NCBI GenBank assembly: GCA_964252075.1
Contig: CAXULY010000011.1
Coordinates: forward strand, 63,548-127,547
Direction of reading: 5' to 3'
DNA from: an uncultured Deinococcaceae bacterium
GTDB lineage: Bacteria; Deinococcota; Deinococci; Deinococcales; Deinococcaceae
Length of the DNA stretch: 64,000 nucleotides
The position numbers and the translations under genes are program-made. Shown piece by piece: positions 50,534 through 60,321 of this stretch (its first letter is position 1; every line of letters begins with the position of its first letter). The notes beneath the pieces are model-generated. The model saw only the letters and a program-made list of their open reading frames with translations. It was not told the DNA's origin and made no database searches.

Positions 50534-50878
50534 TCAGTGCAGGCGGTCCTGCCAGTCCGGCGGGACGCGCCCTGCGGGACCGGGCACCGGCTGGTCCAGC
50601 GGGTGCGCGTGCGGCGCGGGCAGCGCTGCGCCCGGCACGGCCGAATCCGTGCGGAAATCGTAGAACCAGTGTTCTCCGGGCTCGAAGCTCGTGATGACCG
50701 CGTGGCCGGTCTCCTCGTAATGCCGGCGGGCGTGCTGGTGGGGTGAACTGTCACAGCAGCCGATGTGACCGCACTCCGCGCAGCGGCGCAGGTGCAACCA
50801 CCAGCCGCCCGCTTCCAGGCACTCCGCACAGCCGGTGCCGCTGGGCCTCGCCGCTTCGTTGATGCCGTCCTCACGCAT
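50534..50878 (-). CDS. UBP-type zinc finger protein
   Basis: CAEC...HLRRCAECGHIGCCDSSPHQHARRH...SFEPGEHW. Confidence 0.9.
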   Translation of the reverse strand: MREDGINEAARPSGTGCAECLEAGGWWLHLRRCAECGHIGCCDSSPHQHARRHYEETGHAVITSFEPGEHWFYDFRTDSAVPGAALPAPHAHPLDQPVPGPAGRVPPDWQDRLH

Positions 50879-51058
50879 GGTGGCCCTCCTGGAGTTGAGC
50901 CCGGAGCGAACAGGGCGCCGGCCGGGCGTCCCGCTCAGCGTACACGACCACCCCGCAGTGCAAAACCCCCACTGCGCGAGCGCGCGGGTGAGCTGAGATC
51001 ACCTCAGGGTGCCCCCTCGGCGGGCGCCATGTCTGTCCGGCTCATCCCCGCCCGCGCG

Positions 51059-51694
51059 CTACTTCTGGCAGGTGAGGTTCACGCGGAAGCTCGGGTCGCG
51101 CACCGTGAAGCTGGCTTTCACGCTGTCGCGTTTCTCGGGGGTCACGTCGAACAGGAACTTGTTGGGGCGGTAGGCGCTCACCGCGGCGGCGTCCATCTTC
51201 GATTCCGGGAAGATCTTGAACTCGTACAGGGTGCCGGTGCCCTGCGGGAGCTTGGCGTAGGTCTTGTCCTGCCAGCCGCTGCGCCAGCCTTTCGCCCAGC
51301 TGTTGCCGTCCGGGAATGCGAGGTTCACGGCGCCGTTGTACGCGATGCCAGCGTCGGCCATCTCGAGCGTCTGGCTGGCGCCGTTCTTGATCTCGACGGT
51401 CACGCCCCAGCCCTCGCCGTAATCGCTGTCCTGCACGCGCTGCACGCGGGTCACGCGGAGGCGCCAGATGCCGTTGAACAGCCATTCGTTCATGCAGCCT
51501 TCCAGGCTGGCCTTCTGGTTCGCGCCGCCGCTCGCGGCGAGGGCGGCCTTCAGGTCCGTCAGCCGCACATACGTGACGCCGTTGATGACGCTGGTGTTCA
51601 AGGTGGTGGACGATCCGTTCAGGACGAGCGTGACGGGCGCGGCGCCCGCGCAGGACAGGGCGAGCAGGGTGAGGGTGGATGTCAGGTGCTTCAT
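51059..51694 (-). CDS. Secreted hypothetical protein (short N-terminal beta domain + beta-sandwich)
   Basis: Signal peptide MKHLTSTLTLLALSCAGA; RBS GGAGG; GGANQ...GCMNEWLFNGIWRLRV; terminal Cys. Confidence 0.8.
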   Translation of the reverse strand: MKHLTSTLTLLALSCAGAAPVTLVLNGSSTTLNTSVINGVTYVRLTDLKAALAASGGANQKASLEGCMNEWLFNGIWRLRVTRVQRVQDSDYGEGWGVTVEIKNGASQTLEMADAGIAYNGAVNLAFPDGNSWAKGWRSGWQDKTYAKLPQGTGTLYEFKIFPESKMDAAAVSAYRPNKFLFDVTPEKRDSVKASFTVRDPSFRVNLTCQK

Positions 51695-51805
51695 GGTGGT
51701 TCCTCCGGGATGGGGTGAGGTCGGGTGGGGCGCCCCGGGCCGCGCGGTGGGCCTGGGTGCTGTCAACGTACGAGGGTGGGCGTTGCGCCGCCGTTGCGCG
51801 GGTGC

Positions 51806-52000
51806 TCAGCGCAGGCCGGGCGCGCGGCGGTCCGTGAGGCGCGCCACGAAGCGTGCGAAGGCGGCCGGGTCGTCGAACTCCCACGGCGCGGCGTGCCCGC
51901 CCAGCGTGACGGTGGCGTGGAAGGCCCGGTGCGCCGTGCGCGGGGTGAGGTGAATGACGAGCGTCACCACCGGTTCGGGTGCGGTTGGGCCTTCAGTCAC
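51806..52000 (-). CDS. 64-aa microprotein ending in GLR
   Basis: RBS GGAGG before GTG at 52000; VVTLVIHLTP...FHATV...WEFDDPAAFARFV...PGLR; sits co-directionally between two real genes. Confidence 0.65.
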   Translation of the reverse strand: MTEGPTAPEPVVTLVIHLTPRTAHRAFHATVTLGGHAAPWEFDDPAAFARFVARLTDRRAPGLR

Positions 52001-52041
52001 GGGTGAACCTCCGCCCGTACCGTAGGGGCCCGCGCGTTGCG

Positions 52042-55000
52042 TCAGCGTTGCGCGGGGGCCTGCAGGTGCGCGCGCCACTCCCGGCAGGCGCGCAGGTCCT
52101 CCGGGGAGCCGACGCCCGCCCGCAGGGCCGCGTCCAGCGCGGCCCTCACGCCGGGCGTGTCGTGCGCGCACGCATGGCGGGCGGCGCGCAGCCACGCGCG
52201 CCACGCGGTGTGCCCGTCGGGCGGCGCCTCGGCGTCCGTGCGGTCCAGCAGCGCGCGCGCCTCCTGCAGCTGACTGGCGCGCAGCAGCGCGTCGAGGTGC
52301 TCGCGTCGCGCGAGCACCCAGGCGTCCGTGCCGGTCGGCGCGAGCTCGTCGGCGCGGGCGCGGGCCTCCAGTTCACCCGGCGCGCCGCGCGCGCGCAGGG
52401 CGTCCGCGCGCACGCGCGCCCAGCCGGAGCGCGAAGCGGCGTCCGGTGGGTCCACCTCGCCGTCCTCCGCGAGCGCCCAGGCGTCCCTCCACGCGCCCAT
52501 CCGGGTGAGGGCGAGCGCAAGGTCCACCCCGATGGGGTGTTCCAGGCCCGGCATGCGCAGGTGCCGCGCGCGTCCGGCCGCGTCGCGCAGCGCCACCACC
52601 GCGCCACTCAGGTCGCCGCTCGCGGCGCGCGCCTCCCCGATCCTCCACGCGGACAGCGTCGCGCCGCGCGGGTACCGCACCTCCTCGAAGTCATTGAGGG
52701 TGGCCGTGAAGAGGGCCGCCGCGTCCGGCTGCCCCGTGTACAGCGCGCAGTGCCCCAGCCAGTATCGGGCGTTCGCGCGGCGCAGGTGGTCTCCTGCGAA
52801 TAGGACCTCCGCCTCCTCAAGTGCCGAGCGCGCCTCCACGAAGCGTTCCAGCGCCGCGAGGGCCGCGCCGGCCTCCAGCAGCAGTGCCCCGCGGGCCGCG
52901 CCGGTCAGCTGCGCGCCCAGGCGGCCGAGGGTGCGCCGGGCGCCCTCGACCGCCTGGGCGTACTCGTCGCGTTCGGTGTGCCACACCGCCCGCCGCACCG
53001 CGGCCGCCGCGATGAGCGCCGCGTCGCCCACATCATGACTCAGGCGCTCCAGCTTGGTGAGTTCCACGAGGCGCGCCGCTTCGTCCCCCAGGAAGCGCGC
53101 GGCGTCCAGGCGCGCCTCGTGCAGCGCGATGGCTTCCCTGGGCGGCGGGTCGCCCTCCAGCGCGCGGCCGTACAGGTCGAAGGCCTCGCGGTGCTCGTAC
53201 AGCCGCGCGGCGTTCTGCGCGGCCGCCACGCACCACGAGCGCGCCTCAGCGAGCTGACCGGCAGCGCGGTGGTGCTCCGCGACGCGCCCGGGGTCGGCGC
53301 CCGCACGCGCGAGGACGCGGGCCAGTTCCGCGTGAATCAGGCGCCGCCGCGCCGGCCGCACGCCGTCCGCGAAGGTGTGCCGGTACAGGTCGTGCGCGAA
53401 GCGGTAGTGCCCGCTGGGCGTGACGCGCAGGAGCTGCGCCGCCTCCGCCTGCTCGAGCGCCTCCACCGTCTCCCAGGCGTCCAGCGCGCACACGCTTGCG
53501 AGGTCCGCGGCGCGCACCTCGGACGCGCTGAGGCTCGCGGCGTCCAGCAGGCGCCGCGCTGGGCCGCCCAGCAGCGCGGCGCGGCGCAGGATCACGTCCC
53601 GCACGCTCAGCGGGATGGGCAACTCCGAGTAATCCACGGTGTGCTCGTCGTGCGCGGTGCTCCAGCCTTCCGCGGTGACGCGCAGGTCGCCGCGCGCGTG
53701 CAGTTCACGCAGGGTCTCGTGCACGAACAGCGCGTTGCCGCCCGTCGCGGCGTGCAGCCAGCGCGCGAACAGCGGCGCGTCCTGCCCGGCCGCGCCGCGC
53801 ACCAGGTCGTGCACGGCCACCTCGGGCAGCGGGTCAAGGGGCAGGCGCCGCAGCCGCCCGTCCCGCTCGAGCGCCGCGAGGGACGCCGCGAGGTCCGCGC
53901 GCCGCTCCAGGTCGAACGCGCGCGCGGTGAGGACGATGCACACGTCGTCCGGGCGGGCGCGCAGCAGGTGCGCGGTGAGGTCCGCGCTCAGCGGGTCCAG
54001 CCACTGCAGGTCCTCCAGCAGCAAGGTGCCGCCCGCCGCGAGGTGCAGCAGCGCCCCCGCGAGGCCCGCGATGAGCGCCAGGCGGCCCTCCGGCGCGGCC
54101 GGGGCCGGGTCGCCGCCCGGCTGGAGGCGCGTGGCGGCCGCGCGGAGCGCGGGGGGCAGCGCCTCCACGCGCGCCCGCACGTCCGCCTGACTGAGGGCCC
54201 GGGCGACCGGCGCGAGGGGCAGGCGGCTGGCATCCTCGTGCGCCTGCAGGGTCAGGAGCGGGCCGCGTGAGCGCGCGAACTCCGCGGCGAGTCGCGACTT
54301 CCCGACGCCCGGCTCCCCCACGATCAAGGTGGCGCCCGCCCCGGCGAGCACCGCGGTGGCGGCGTGACGCCCCACGAAGGCGTTCCCCACGTCGAGGGCC
54401 GGGGCGCTCACCTGCGGCGGCTCGAAGGTCCGGGCGGCCTGCGCGAGGGCGCGCGTCTCGGGCAGCGGCTCAATCGCGAGTTCCTCCCGCAGGGTGCGTT
54501 CCAGCGCCGCGTACCGGGCGAGCGCCTCGGCGCGCTCGCCGAGCGCGAGGTGCAGGCGGATGAGCGCGGCGTGGTGGTGCTCGCGCAGGGGGTCCGCGGT
54601 GACCGCGCGGGCGTGCACGGCGAGCGCCTCCCGCACCTCCCCCGCGCGTTCCAGCGCGTCCGCGTGCGCACGGCAGGCGTCCGCGACGCGCGCCTCGAAG
54701 TGCGCGGCGTGCGCGTCGCGCCACGCCCCGAACACCGCGTTCTCCCGCGCCGGCCCCGCGGCGAACAGCGCGCCGTCCACCCGGGCGAGGCCCTCCCCCA
54801 GTGCACCGCCGTCCAGCAGCGCCAGGACGCGCCGCACGTCCACCTCGACGCCGTCGGCGAGCGCAAGGCGCAGGCCGCGCCGCTCCACGAAGGGATGCAC
54901 TGGCGTGGCCTGCAGGCGGTGCAGTTCACGCCGCAGGTTGCGCCGCGCGCGGTCCTCGCCGCACTCGGACCACAGCAGGTCCGCGAGGACCGCGCGCTCC

Positions 55001-55155
55001 ACCTCACCGTCCAGCGCGAGGACCGCGAGCAACGCCAGCGTCTGCCCCGTGACGCGCACGCGCTCACCGCCCAGGAACACCCCCGCGGCCCCCAGCAGGC
55101 GCAGCGAGAGCGGCCCAGCAGGCGGCGCTGAGGCCCGCACGGGAGGCGTCGGCAT
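52042..55155 (-). CDS. SARP/BTAD + STAND (AAA) ATPase + TPR transcriptional regulator
   Basis: LRLLG, LADLLW...NLRRELHRL, DPLRE, Walker A GEPGVGKS, Walker B LLEDLQW, TGGNALF, YRFAHDL; TACCAT-N5-ATG. Confidence 0.92.
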   Translation of the reverse strand: MPTPPVRASAPPAGPLSLRLLGAAGVFLGGERVRVTGQTLALLAVLALDGEVERAVLADLLWSECGEDRARRNLRRELHRLQATPVHPFVERRGLRLALADGVEVDVRRVLALLDGGALGEGLARVDGALFAAGPARENAVFGAWRDAHAAHFEARVADACRAHADALERAGEVREALAVHARAVTADPLREHHHAALIRLHLALGERAEALARYAALERTLREELAIEPLPETRALAQAARTFEPPQVSAPALDVGNAFVGRHAATAVLAGAGATLIVGEPGVGKSRLAAEFARSRGPLLTLQAHEDASRLPLAPVARALSQADVRARVEALPPALRAAATRLQPGGDPAPAAPEGRLALIAGLAGALLHLAAGGTLLLEDLQWLDPLSADLTAHLLRARPDDVCIVLTARAFDLERRADLAASLAALERDGRLRRLPLDPLPEVAVHDLVRGAAGQDAPLFARWLHAATGGNALFVHETLRELHARGDLRVTAEGWSTAHDEHTVDYSELPIPLSVRDVILRRAALLGGPARRLLDAASLSASEVRAADLASVCALDAWETVEALEQAEAAQLLRVTPSGHYRFAHDLYRHTFADGVRPARRRLIHAELARVLARAGADPGRVAEHHRAAGQLAEARSWCVAAAQNAARLYEHREAFDLYGRALEGDPPPREAIALHEARLDAARFLGDEAARLVELTKLERLSHDVGDAALIAAAAVRRAVWHTERDEYAQAVEGARRTLGRLGAQLTGAARGALLLEAGAALAALERFVEARSALEEAEVLFAGDHLRRANARYWLGHCALYTGQPDAAALFTATLNDFEEVRYPRGATLSAWRIGEARAASGDLSGAVVALRDAAGRARHLRMPGLEHPIGVDLALALTRMGAWRDAWALAEDGEVDPPDAASRSGWARVRADALRARGAPGELEARARADELAPTGTDAWVLARREHLDALLRASQLQEARALLDRTDAEAPPDGHTAWRAWLRAARHACAHDTPGVRAALDAALRAGVGSPEDLRACREWRAHLQAPAQR

Positions 55156-55524
55156 ACCGCATGGTACGCGCTCCCCGGCCCTCTGGACCACCGGTTTGAA
55201 CTGCGAGATGGCAGCCGCGCGACCTCAGGTCGGGAGCGGTTCCCCAAAGGCCGCTCCAGCGCCTCCAACTTCAGCGTGCAGGTCTCCTGCAGCGCCCCGT
55301 CAGCGCGCCCGCTCACAACTCAACGTCCAGCACGCCGGGAGCGGCTGGGGCCACCTCCGAGTTCAACCCGCCGGGTGACCTTGTGGCGGGCGCAGGGCGC
55401 CAGCTGCCCCGCCACGCTCACCGCTGCGACCTGCTGCCCGCGTGCGAACTGAGGACGACTTCAGGATCAGCGACCGCACCATGCCTTCGCCGCACCGTGG
55501 TCAGGGTGGTGTGCGGCGAATCGT

Positions 55525-55935
55525 TCAGGGGCGCTGCTGAATGCGGATGAGGTTGCCGGCCGGATCGCGCACGGCGCAGTCCCGCACCCCGTACGGCTGC
55601 TCGGTGGGCTCCTGCACCACCTCCACGTCGCCGCCCTGCACGCGCTCAAACGTGGCGTCCAGGTCCGCCGTCGCCAGAATCAGCGTCGCGTAGCTGCCCT
55701 TCGCCATCATCTCCGTGATGGTGCGCCGTTCCTCGTCCGTCAGGCCCGGCGTGGCCGCCGGCGGGTACAGCACCACGGACGTGCCGGGCTGACCGTGCGG
55801 CCCCACCGTGATCCAGTGCAGGCCACCGTACCCGACGTCACCGCGCACCTCGAAGCCGAGGGTGTCGCGGTAGAAGCGCAGCGAGGCGTCCGGGTCGTGG
55901 TGCGGGAGGAACGTCTGGTGGATGGTGAGGTCCAT
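55525..55935 (-). CDS. VOC/glyoxalase family protein
   Basis: FYRDTLGF, EPTEQPYGVRDCAVRDPAGN. Confidence 0.92.
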   Translation of the reverse strand: MDLTIHQTFLPHHDPDASLRFYRDTLGFEVRGDVGYGGLHWITVGPHGQPGTSVVLYPPAATPGLTDEERRTITEMMAKGSYATLILATADLDATFERVQGGDVEVVQEPTEQPYGVRDCAVRDPAGNLIRIQQRP

Positions 55936-55944
55936 GCCGTCACT

Positions 55945-56385
<441 letters not shown>

Positions 56386-56530
56386 CGATTTGAGCGTGCC
56401 ACACCGCCCCTGCCGCCTCAAGCCCCGTTCGTCACAGTGGGCGCCCGCTGGGGTCGGGAGGTCGCGTCGGTGCTCCACCCGTGACGCAATCGTGCTTCCC
56501 TGAACGGCGAGGCGGGTCGCCGGGCGGTGG

Positions 56531-57838
56531 TCACCCGGCCCCTTGACCTGCGGGCACCGTGGTGTCCGGCTCGACGACCGGGTTGGGATGCGCGGGGGAT
56601 TCGGGCAGCGATCGGACGAGCCACACGGGTGAGCAGCGCACCCACAGCCACGCCAGGGACACGCCCGCCGCCCCGACCCACAGCGCCGCGCGGATGGAGA
56701 GCGCCTGCGCCAGGAACCCGAACAGCAGGGCGCCGAGCGGCAGCACGCCGTACGTGAGGGTGCGGTAGCTTGCCGTCATGCGGCCCAGCAGCGCCGGTGG
56801 GGTGAGCGCCTGACGCAGGCTCAGGAAGTGCACCGAGGACGCCGCGACGCCCGCGCCGCCGAGGAGGGAGGCCAGCATCAGCGTCGCGACGACCTGCGGG
56901 CGGGCGCCGCTGGCGAGCGGGACCAGCAGGCTCGGCAGGCACGCCAGCGCCGCCATGCCGACCAGCGCCCGGCCGAGGCCCCAGCGCGTGGCCATCGGCC
57001 CGGCGAGCAGCGACCCGATGAGCGCCCCCACGCCGCCCATCGCGAAGATCAGGCCGATCAACCCCGGGCTCAGGTGCAGGTCCCGCGTGGCGTACAGCAC
57101 CAGCAGCGTGCCCGCCGCCTGCGCGCACCCGTTGAAGGTGGCGGCCTCCAGGGCCATGGGGCGCAGCAGCGGGTGCCCGAAGACCAGCTGCAGGCCCGCG
57201 CGCACCTCACGCACCAGCTTTACGGGGGTGCCGGGCCGCGTCGGGCGCGGTTCGGGGCGGCGAATGACCCCGATGCCGAGCGCCCCGAGCAGGAACGATG
57301 CGGCGTCCAGCGCCACCGCGAACGGCGCGCCGATCAGGCCGACCAGGGCGCCCGCCAGGCCAGGACCGGCGATCTCGGCGGTGGAGGCGCTGGCCTGCAG
57401 TTTGCTGTTGCCTTCCAGCAGGTGGTCCTGACCGACGAGCGAGGGGAGGTACGCGGCGTACGCGAGGTGAAACAGCGCGTCGAACGCGCCCACCAGGAAC
57501 GCGATGGGGTACAGCCCCCCGATGCTCAGCCACCCCAGCGCGGTGCCGAATGGCACCAGCGCCAGCAGGACGGCGCGCGCGAAGTTGGCGGCCACCAGCA
57601 GCGGGCGGCGCCGCGTGCGGTCAACCCACACGCCGAGCGGCAGGGTGAGGAGCAGGAAGGGCGCGAAGGTGGCAGCGCCGAGCAGGCCCATCTGGGCGGG
57701 CGTGGCGTGCAGAAGCGTCACCGCCGTGAGTGGCAGGGCCAGCGTGGTGATCGCCGACCCGAAGAGCGACACCGTTTCGCTGCCCCACAGCTTCAGGAAT
57801 TCCCGGTCGCGCCAGAGCCCCCCGAGGTGCGGCTTCAC
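56531..57838 (-). CDS. MFS transporter (DHA3/EntS-like)
   Basis: REFLKLW, LALPLTA, GVWVDRTRRR, GPGLAG, TPPALLGRM. Confidence 0.92.
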   Translation of the reverse strand: MKPHLGGLWRDREFLKLWGSETVSLFGSAITTLALPLTAVTLLHATPAQMGLLGAATFAPFLLLTLPLGVWVDRTRRRPLLVAANFARAVLLALVPFGTALGWLSIGGLYPIAFLVGAFDALFHLAYAAYLPSLVGQDHLLEGNSKLQASASTAEIAGPGLAGALVGLIGAPFAVALDAASFLLGALGIGVIRRPEPRPTRPGTPVKLVREVRAGLQLVFGHPLLRPMALEAATFNGCAQAAGTLLVLYATRDLHLSPGLIGLIFAMGGVGALIGSLLAGPMATRWGLGRALVGMAALACLPSLLVPLASGARPQVVATLMLASLLGGAGVAASSVHFLSLRQALTPPALLGRMTASYRTLTYGVLPLGALLFGFLAQALSIRAALWVGAAGVSLAWLWVRCSPVWLVRSLPESPAHPNPVVEPDTTVPAGQGAG

Positions 57839-58050
57839 GCCCGCACCTGTGCCGTGACGGCGGTACGGGTGCGCCCGAGCACATCGCCCCCACGCCTCAC
57901 GGGCTCAGGGGCGAGGCGGATGGATTCCGGGAGCGTACCGTTGCCGGAAATGCCCGTCAGGAGGGCGGAGTAGGCGGACCGCTGGAGTTCCTGGAGCTGA
58001 CTGGGGCTTCGCCGCGCGTTGTGGGGTGTGGCGTGCTGATGGTGCGTCAT
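57835..58050 (-). CDS. 71-aa hypothetical ORF translationally coupled to the MFS gene
   Basis: RBS GGGAGG before ATG 58050; its TGA overlaps the MFS GTG (GTGA). Confidence 0.5.
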   Translation of the reverse strand: MTHHQHATPHNARRSPSQLQELQRSAYSALLTGISGNGTLPESIRLAPEPVRRGGDVLGRTRTAVTAQVRA

Positions 58051-58083
58051 GGTGCGCCTCCCAGGGTGCACGACCGATTTGTT

Positions 58084-58158
58084 CGTAACCCTTGTTTGCG
58101 AATATACAGGTTACGTTTTGCTCGGGCACTAACTGTTGCTTGATGATCTAAGGGTTAC
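58084..58158. promoter_or_regulatory. Two TAAC-N20-GTTA inverted repeats, putative operators of the CGNR regulator
   Basis: CGTAACC-N18-GGTTACG (58084-58115) and TAAC(58130)...GTTA(58154) with identical spacing. Confidence 0.65.
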
Positions 58159-58167
58159 AGTGAGGCC

Positions 58168-58803
58168 ATGAGCGAGGACTCGGGCGCACGAAACTCACGC
58201 TTTTCGTTCCTGGCGGGACGGCCGAGCCTGGACTTCGCCAACACGGTGGACTGGCACGCCAGCGACCACCCGCAGGACCGCCTGCGGGGGTTTACAGACC
58301 TCGTCGCGTGGGGCGCTGAGGCCGGCGTGCTGAGCGCGGCGAACGCCGACGACCTTCAGGCACGCGGGGCGCGCGACCCGGACCGGGCGGCCCGCACCTA
58401 CGCGCGGGCGCTCGCGTTGCGCGAGGCGGTGTACCGGGCCTTCTCGCGCGTCGCGGCGGGACAAATGGTGGCGCCCACAGACCTCGCGGCCCTCACGGAG
58501 GCGCGCCAGGCCGCCCTGCAGCGCGAGCGCCTCGTGGCGCTGGAGGGCGGGTACGGCTGGGCGTGGGCGGATGACGACGTGAATTTGGACCGCGCGTGGT
58601 GGCCCATCGCGCAGGACGCGGCAAACCTCCTAACCTCAGCGGCGCTGAGCCGCGTGCGCGAATGCGCGGACGGCCGCGGGTGCGGCTGGTTGTTCCTCGA
58701 CACCAGCCCCAGTGGGCGCCGCCGCTGGTGCTCCATGGAGGACTGCGGCAACCGCGCCAAGGCCCTCCGGCATCGCCAGCGTGCCGCCCGCCACGCCCCC
58801 TGA
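58168..58803 (+). CDS. ABATE/CGNR zinc finger regulator
   Basis: LDFANT, LREAV, RECADGRGCGWLFLDTS...RRWCSMEDCGNRAK; TACAGT-N6-ATG. Confidence 0.93.
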   Translation: MSEDSGARNSRFSFLAGRPSLDFANTVDWHASDHPQDRLRGFTDLVAWGAEAGVLSAANADDLQARGARDPDRAARTYARALALREAVYRAFSRVAAGQMVAPTDLAALTEARQAALQRERLVALEGGYGWAWADDDVNLDRAWWPIAQDAANLLTSAALSRVRECADGRGCGWLFLDTSPSGRRRWCSMEDCGNRAKALRHRQRAARHAP

Positions 58804-59032
58804 GGCGCCCCGCGGTGCGCGGCGGTCGCCGCCGAGCCCGCACACCTACACCACCAGCGCATGCGGGCCGGGCGCATCGCGTGATGCATGATGCCCCAAC
58901 CTGCGCGCGACCGATCGTGACGCGGCCGTGCGCGTCAGGCGCCCGGACATCACGCGTATATCACGCGAAATCTGCCACCCTGAAGGGTCGCCACGCCGCG
59001 TTCACCTGCGGGCGCGACCAGGAGGATATCGA

Positions 59033-60181
59033 ATGCGGACGATGAGTGCGGGCGCGGCCCTGCTGGCCCTTCTCCTTTTCATCCCTGTGAAGGACCCGGC
59101 CCTCGCCTCCCCGGGCGGTTCCCCCAGCCCGAACAGCGCCGCCCAGACCCTGCCGGTCGCCGCGGCGCGCGTGAACGAGTTCCCCATCCCGTACCCCCAC
59201 CGCGCCCAGCGTGGCGCGCACAATGACGCGCATGGCGGCTCCACGCATGAACTCGCGTTCGACCCGCGCAGTGGCGACCTCTGGCTCACCGGGCAGCTCG
59301 ACGATGCCGTGGTGCGCCTCACGCCATCCGGCCAGCTGACCTTCTACCCCATGCCCACAGGCAGCGGTCCGCACGGCATCGCGTTCGACGCCGCGGGCCA
59401 GCTGTGGGTCAGCCTGGAGTTCTCCGGGGAGGTGGTGCGCCTGGACGCCCAGGGACGCGTGAGCGCCCGGTACGACGTCCACCTGGCGTGCGCGGGCTGT
59501 GCAGCACCCCTCAACCCGCACCCGCACGGCCTCGCCGTCGGCCCGGACGGCAAGACCATCTGGTTCACCGGAAAGGCCACGGGCACCGTCGGGCGCATCA
59601 CCCCGGACGGGCAGGTCCGCACCTTCCCGCTCGGCACGGTCGGCAGCGTCCCCATCTACATTGAGGCGGGGCCGGACGGGAACCTGTGGGTGACGGAACT
59701 CGTCGGGAACGCCATCGCCCGCGTCACACCGACCGGGCAGGTGCGGGAGTTCCCCATTCCCACCACGGGCAGTCGGCCCATCGCCATCGTGCCCGCGCCG
59801 GGCGGGGACGCGATGTGGTTCAGCGAGGAGGCCGGGAACCGCGTGGCGCGCATCGCGCCGGACGGCCGCATCACCGAGTACCCGCTGCCCAAGACGCAGA
59901 ACAACGTCATCCTGGCGGGGCTGGCCTTCGACGCGCGCGGGGACCTGTGGGTGCAGCAGTACGTGGACGAGAACAACGCCAGTCCGGCGGGCGCCGACCA
60001 CCTCATCCGCATGGACCGCCGACTGCTGACCGCGCCGCCCGGCGACCTCTCGGACGTGCCGCTCACGTACGTTGCCGTGCCCACCCGGCAGACGGTCATG
60101 CACCGCGTCATCCGGGGGCCGGACGGCACACTGTGGTTCACCGAACTCCTCGCCGACCGGGTGGGGCACCTCACCCCCTGA
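59033..60181 (+). CDS. Secreted Vgb (virginiamycin B lyase)-like beta-propeller
   Basis: Signal peptide; repeated PHGI/GPDG-LW-TE...I-RITPDG units. Confidence 0.85.
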   Translation: MRTMSAGAALLALLLFIPVKDPALASPGGSPSPNSAAQTLPVAAARVNEFPIPYPHRAQRGAHNDAHGGSTHELAFDPRSGDLWLTGQLDDAVVRLTPSGQLTFYPMPTGSGPHGIAFDAAGQLWVSLEFSGEVVRLDAQGRVSARYDVHLACAGCAAPLNPHPHGLAVGPDGKTIWFTGKATGTVGRITPDGQVRTFPLGTVGSVPIYIEAGPDGNLWVTELVGNAIARVTPTGQVREFPIPTTGSRPIAIVPAPGGDAMWFSEEAGNRVARIAPDGRITEYPLPKTQNNVILAGLAFDARGDLWVQQYVDENNASPAGADHLIRMDRRLLTAPPGDLSDVPLTYVAVPTRQTVMHRVIRGPDGTLWFTELLADRVGHLTP

Positions 60182-60321
60182 CGCGCATCAGGCCCGCGCG
60201 AGGGGGCTGTGAAGACTCATGGCCCCTCTGCCCTGCTTGCGCCTGACCGGGTGCGAGCGCAAGCGGGCGCTAAAGCGGTGGCGGTCGCAGGCCGTCCAGG
60301 GGCGGGACCGCGGCGGCGTTC

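Noticed and set aside
59033..60181. True streptogramin B resistance gene vgb
   Set aside because: Only fold-level similarity; the signal peptide and insertions argue against assigning the symbol.
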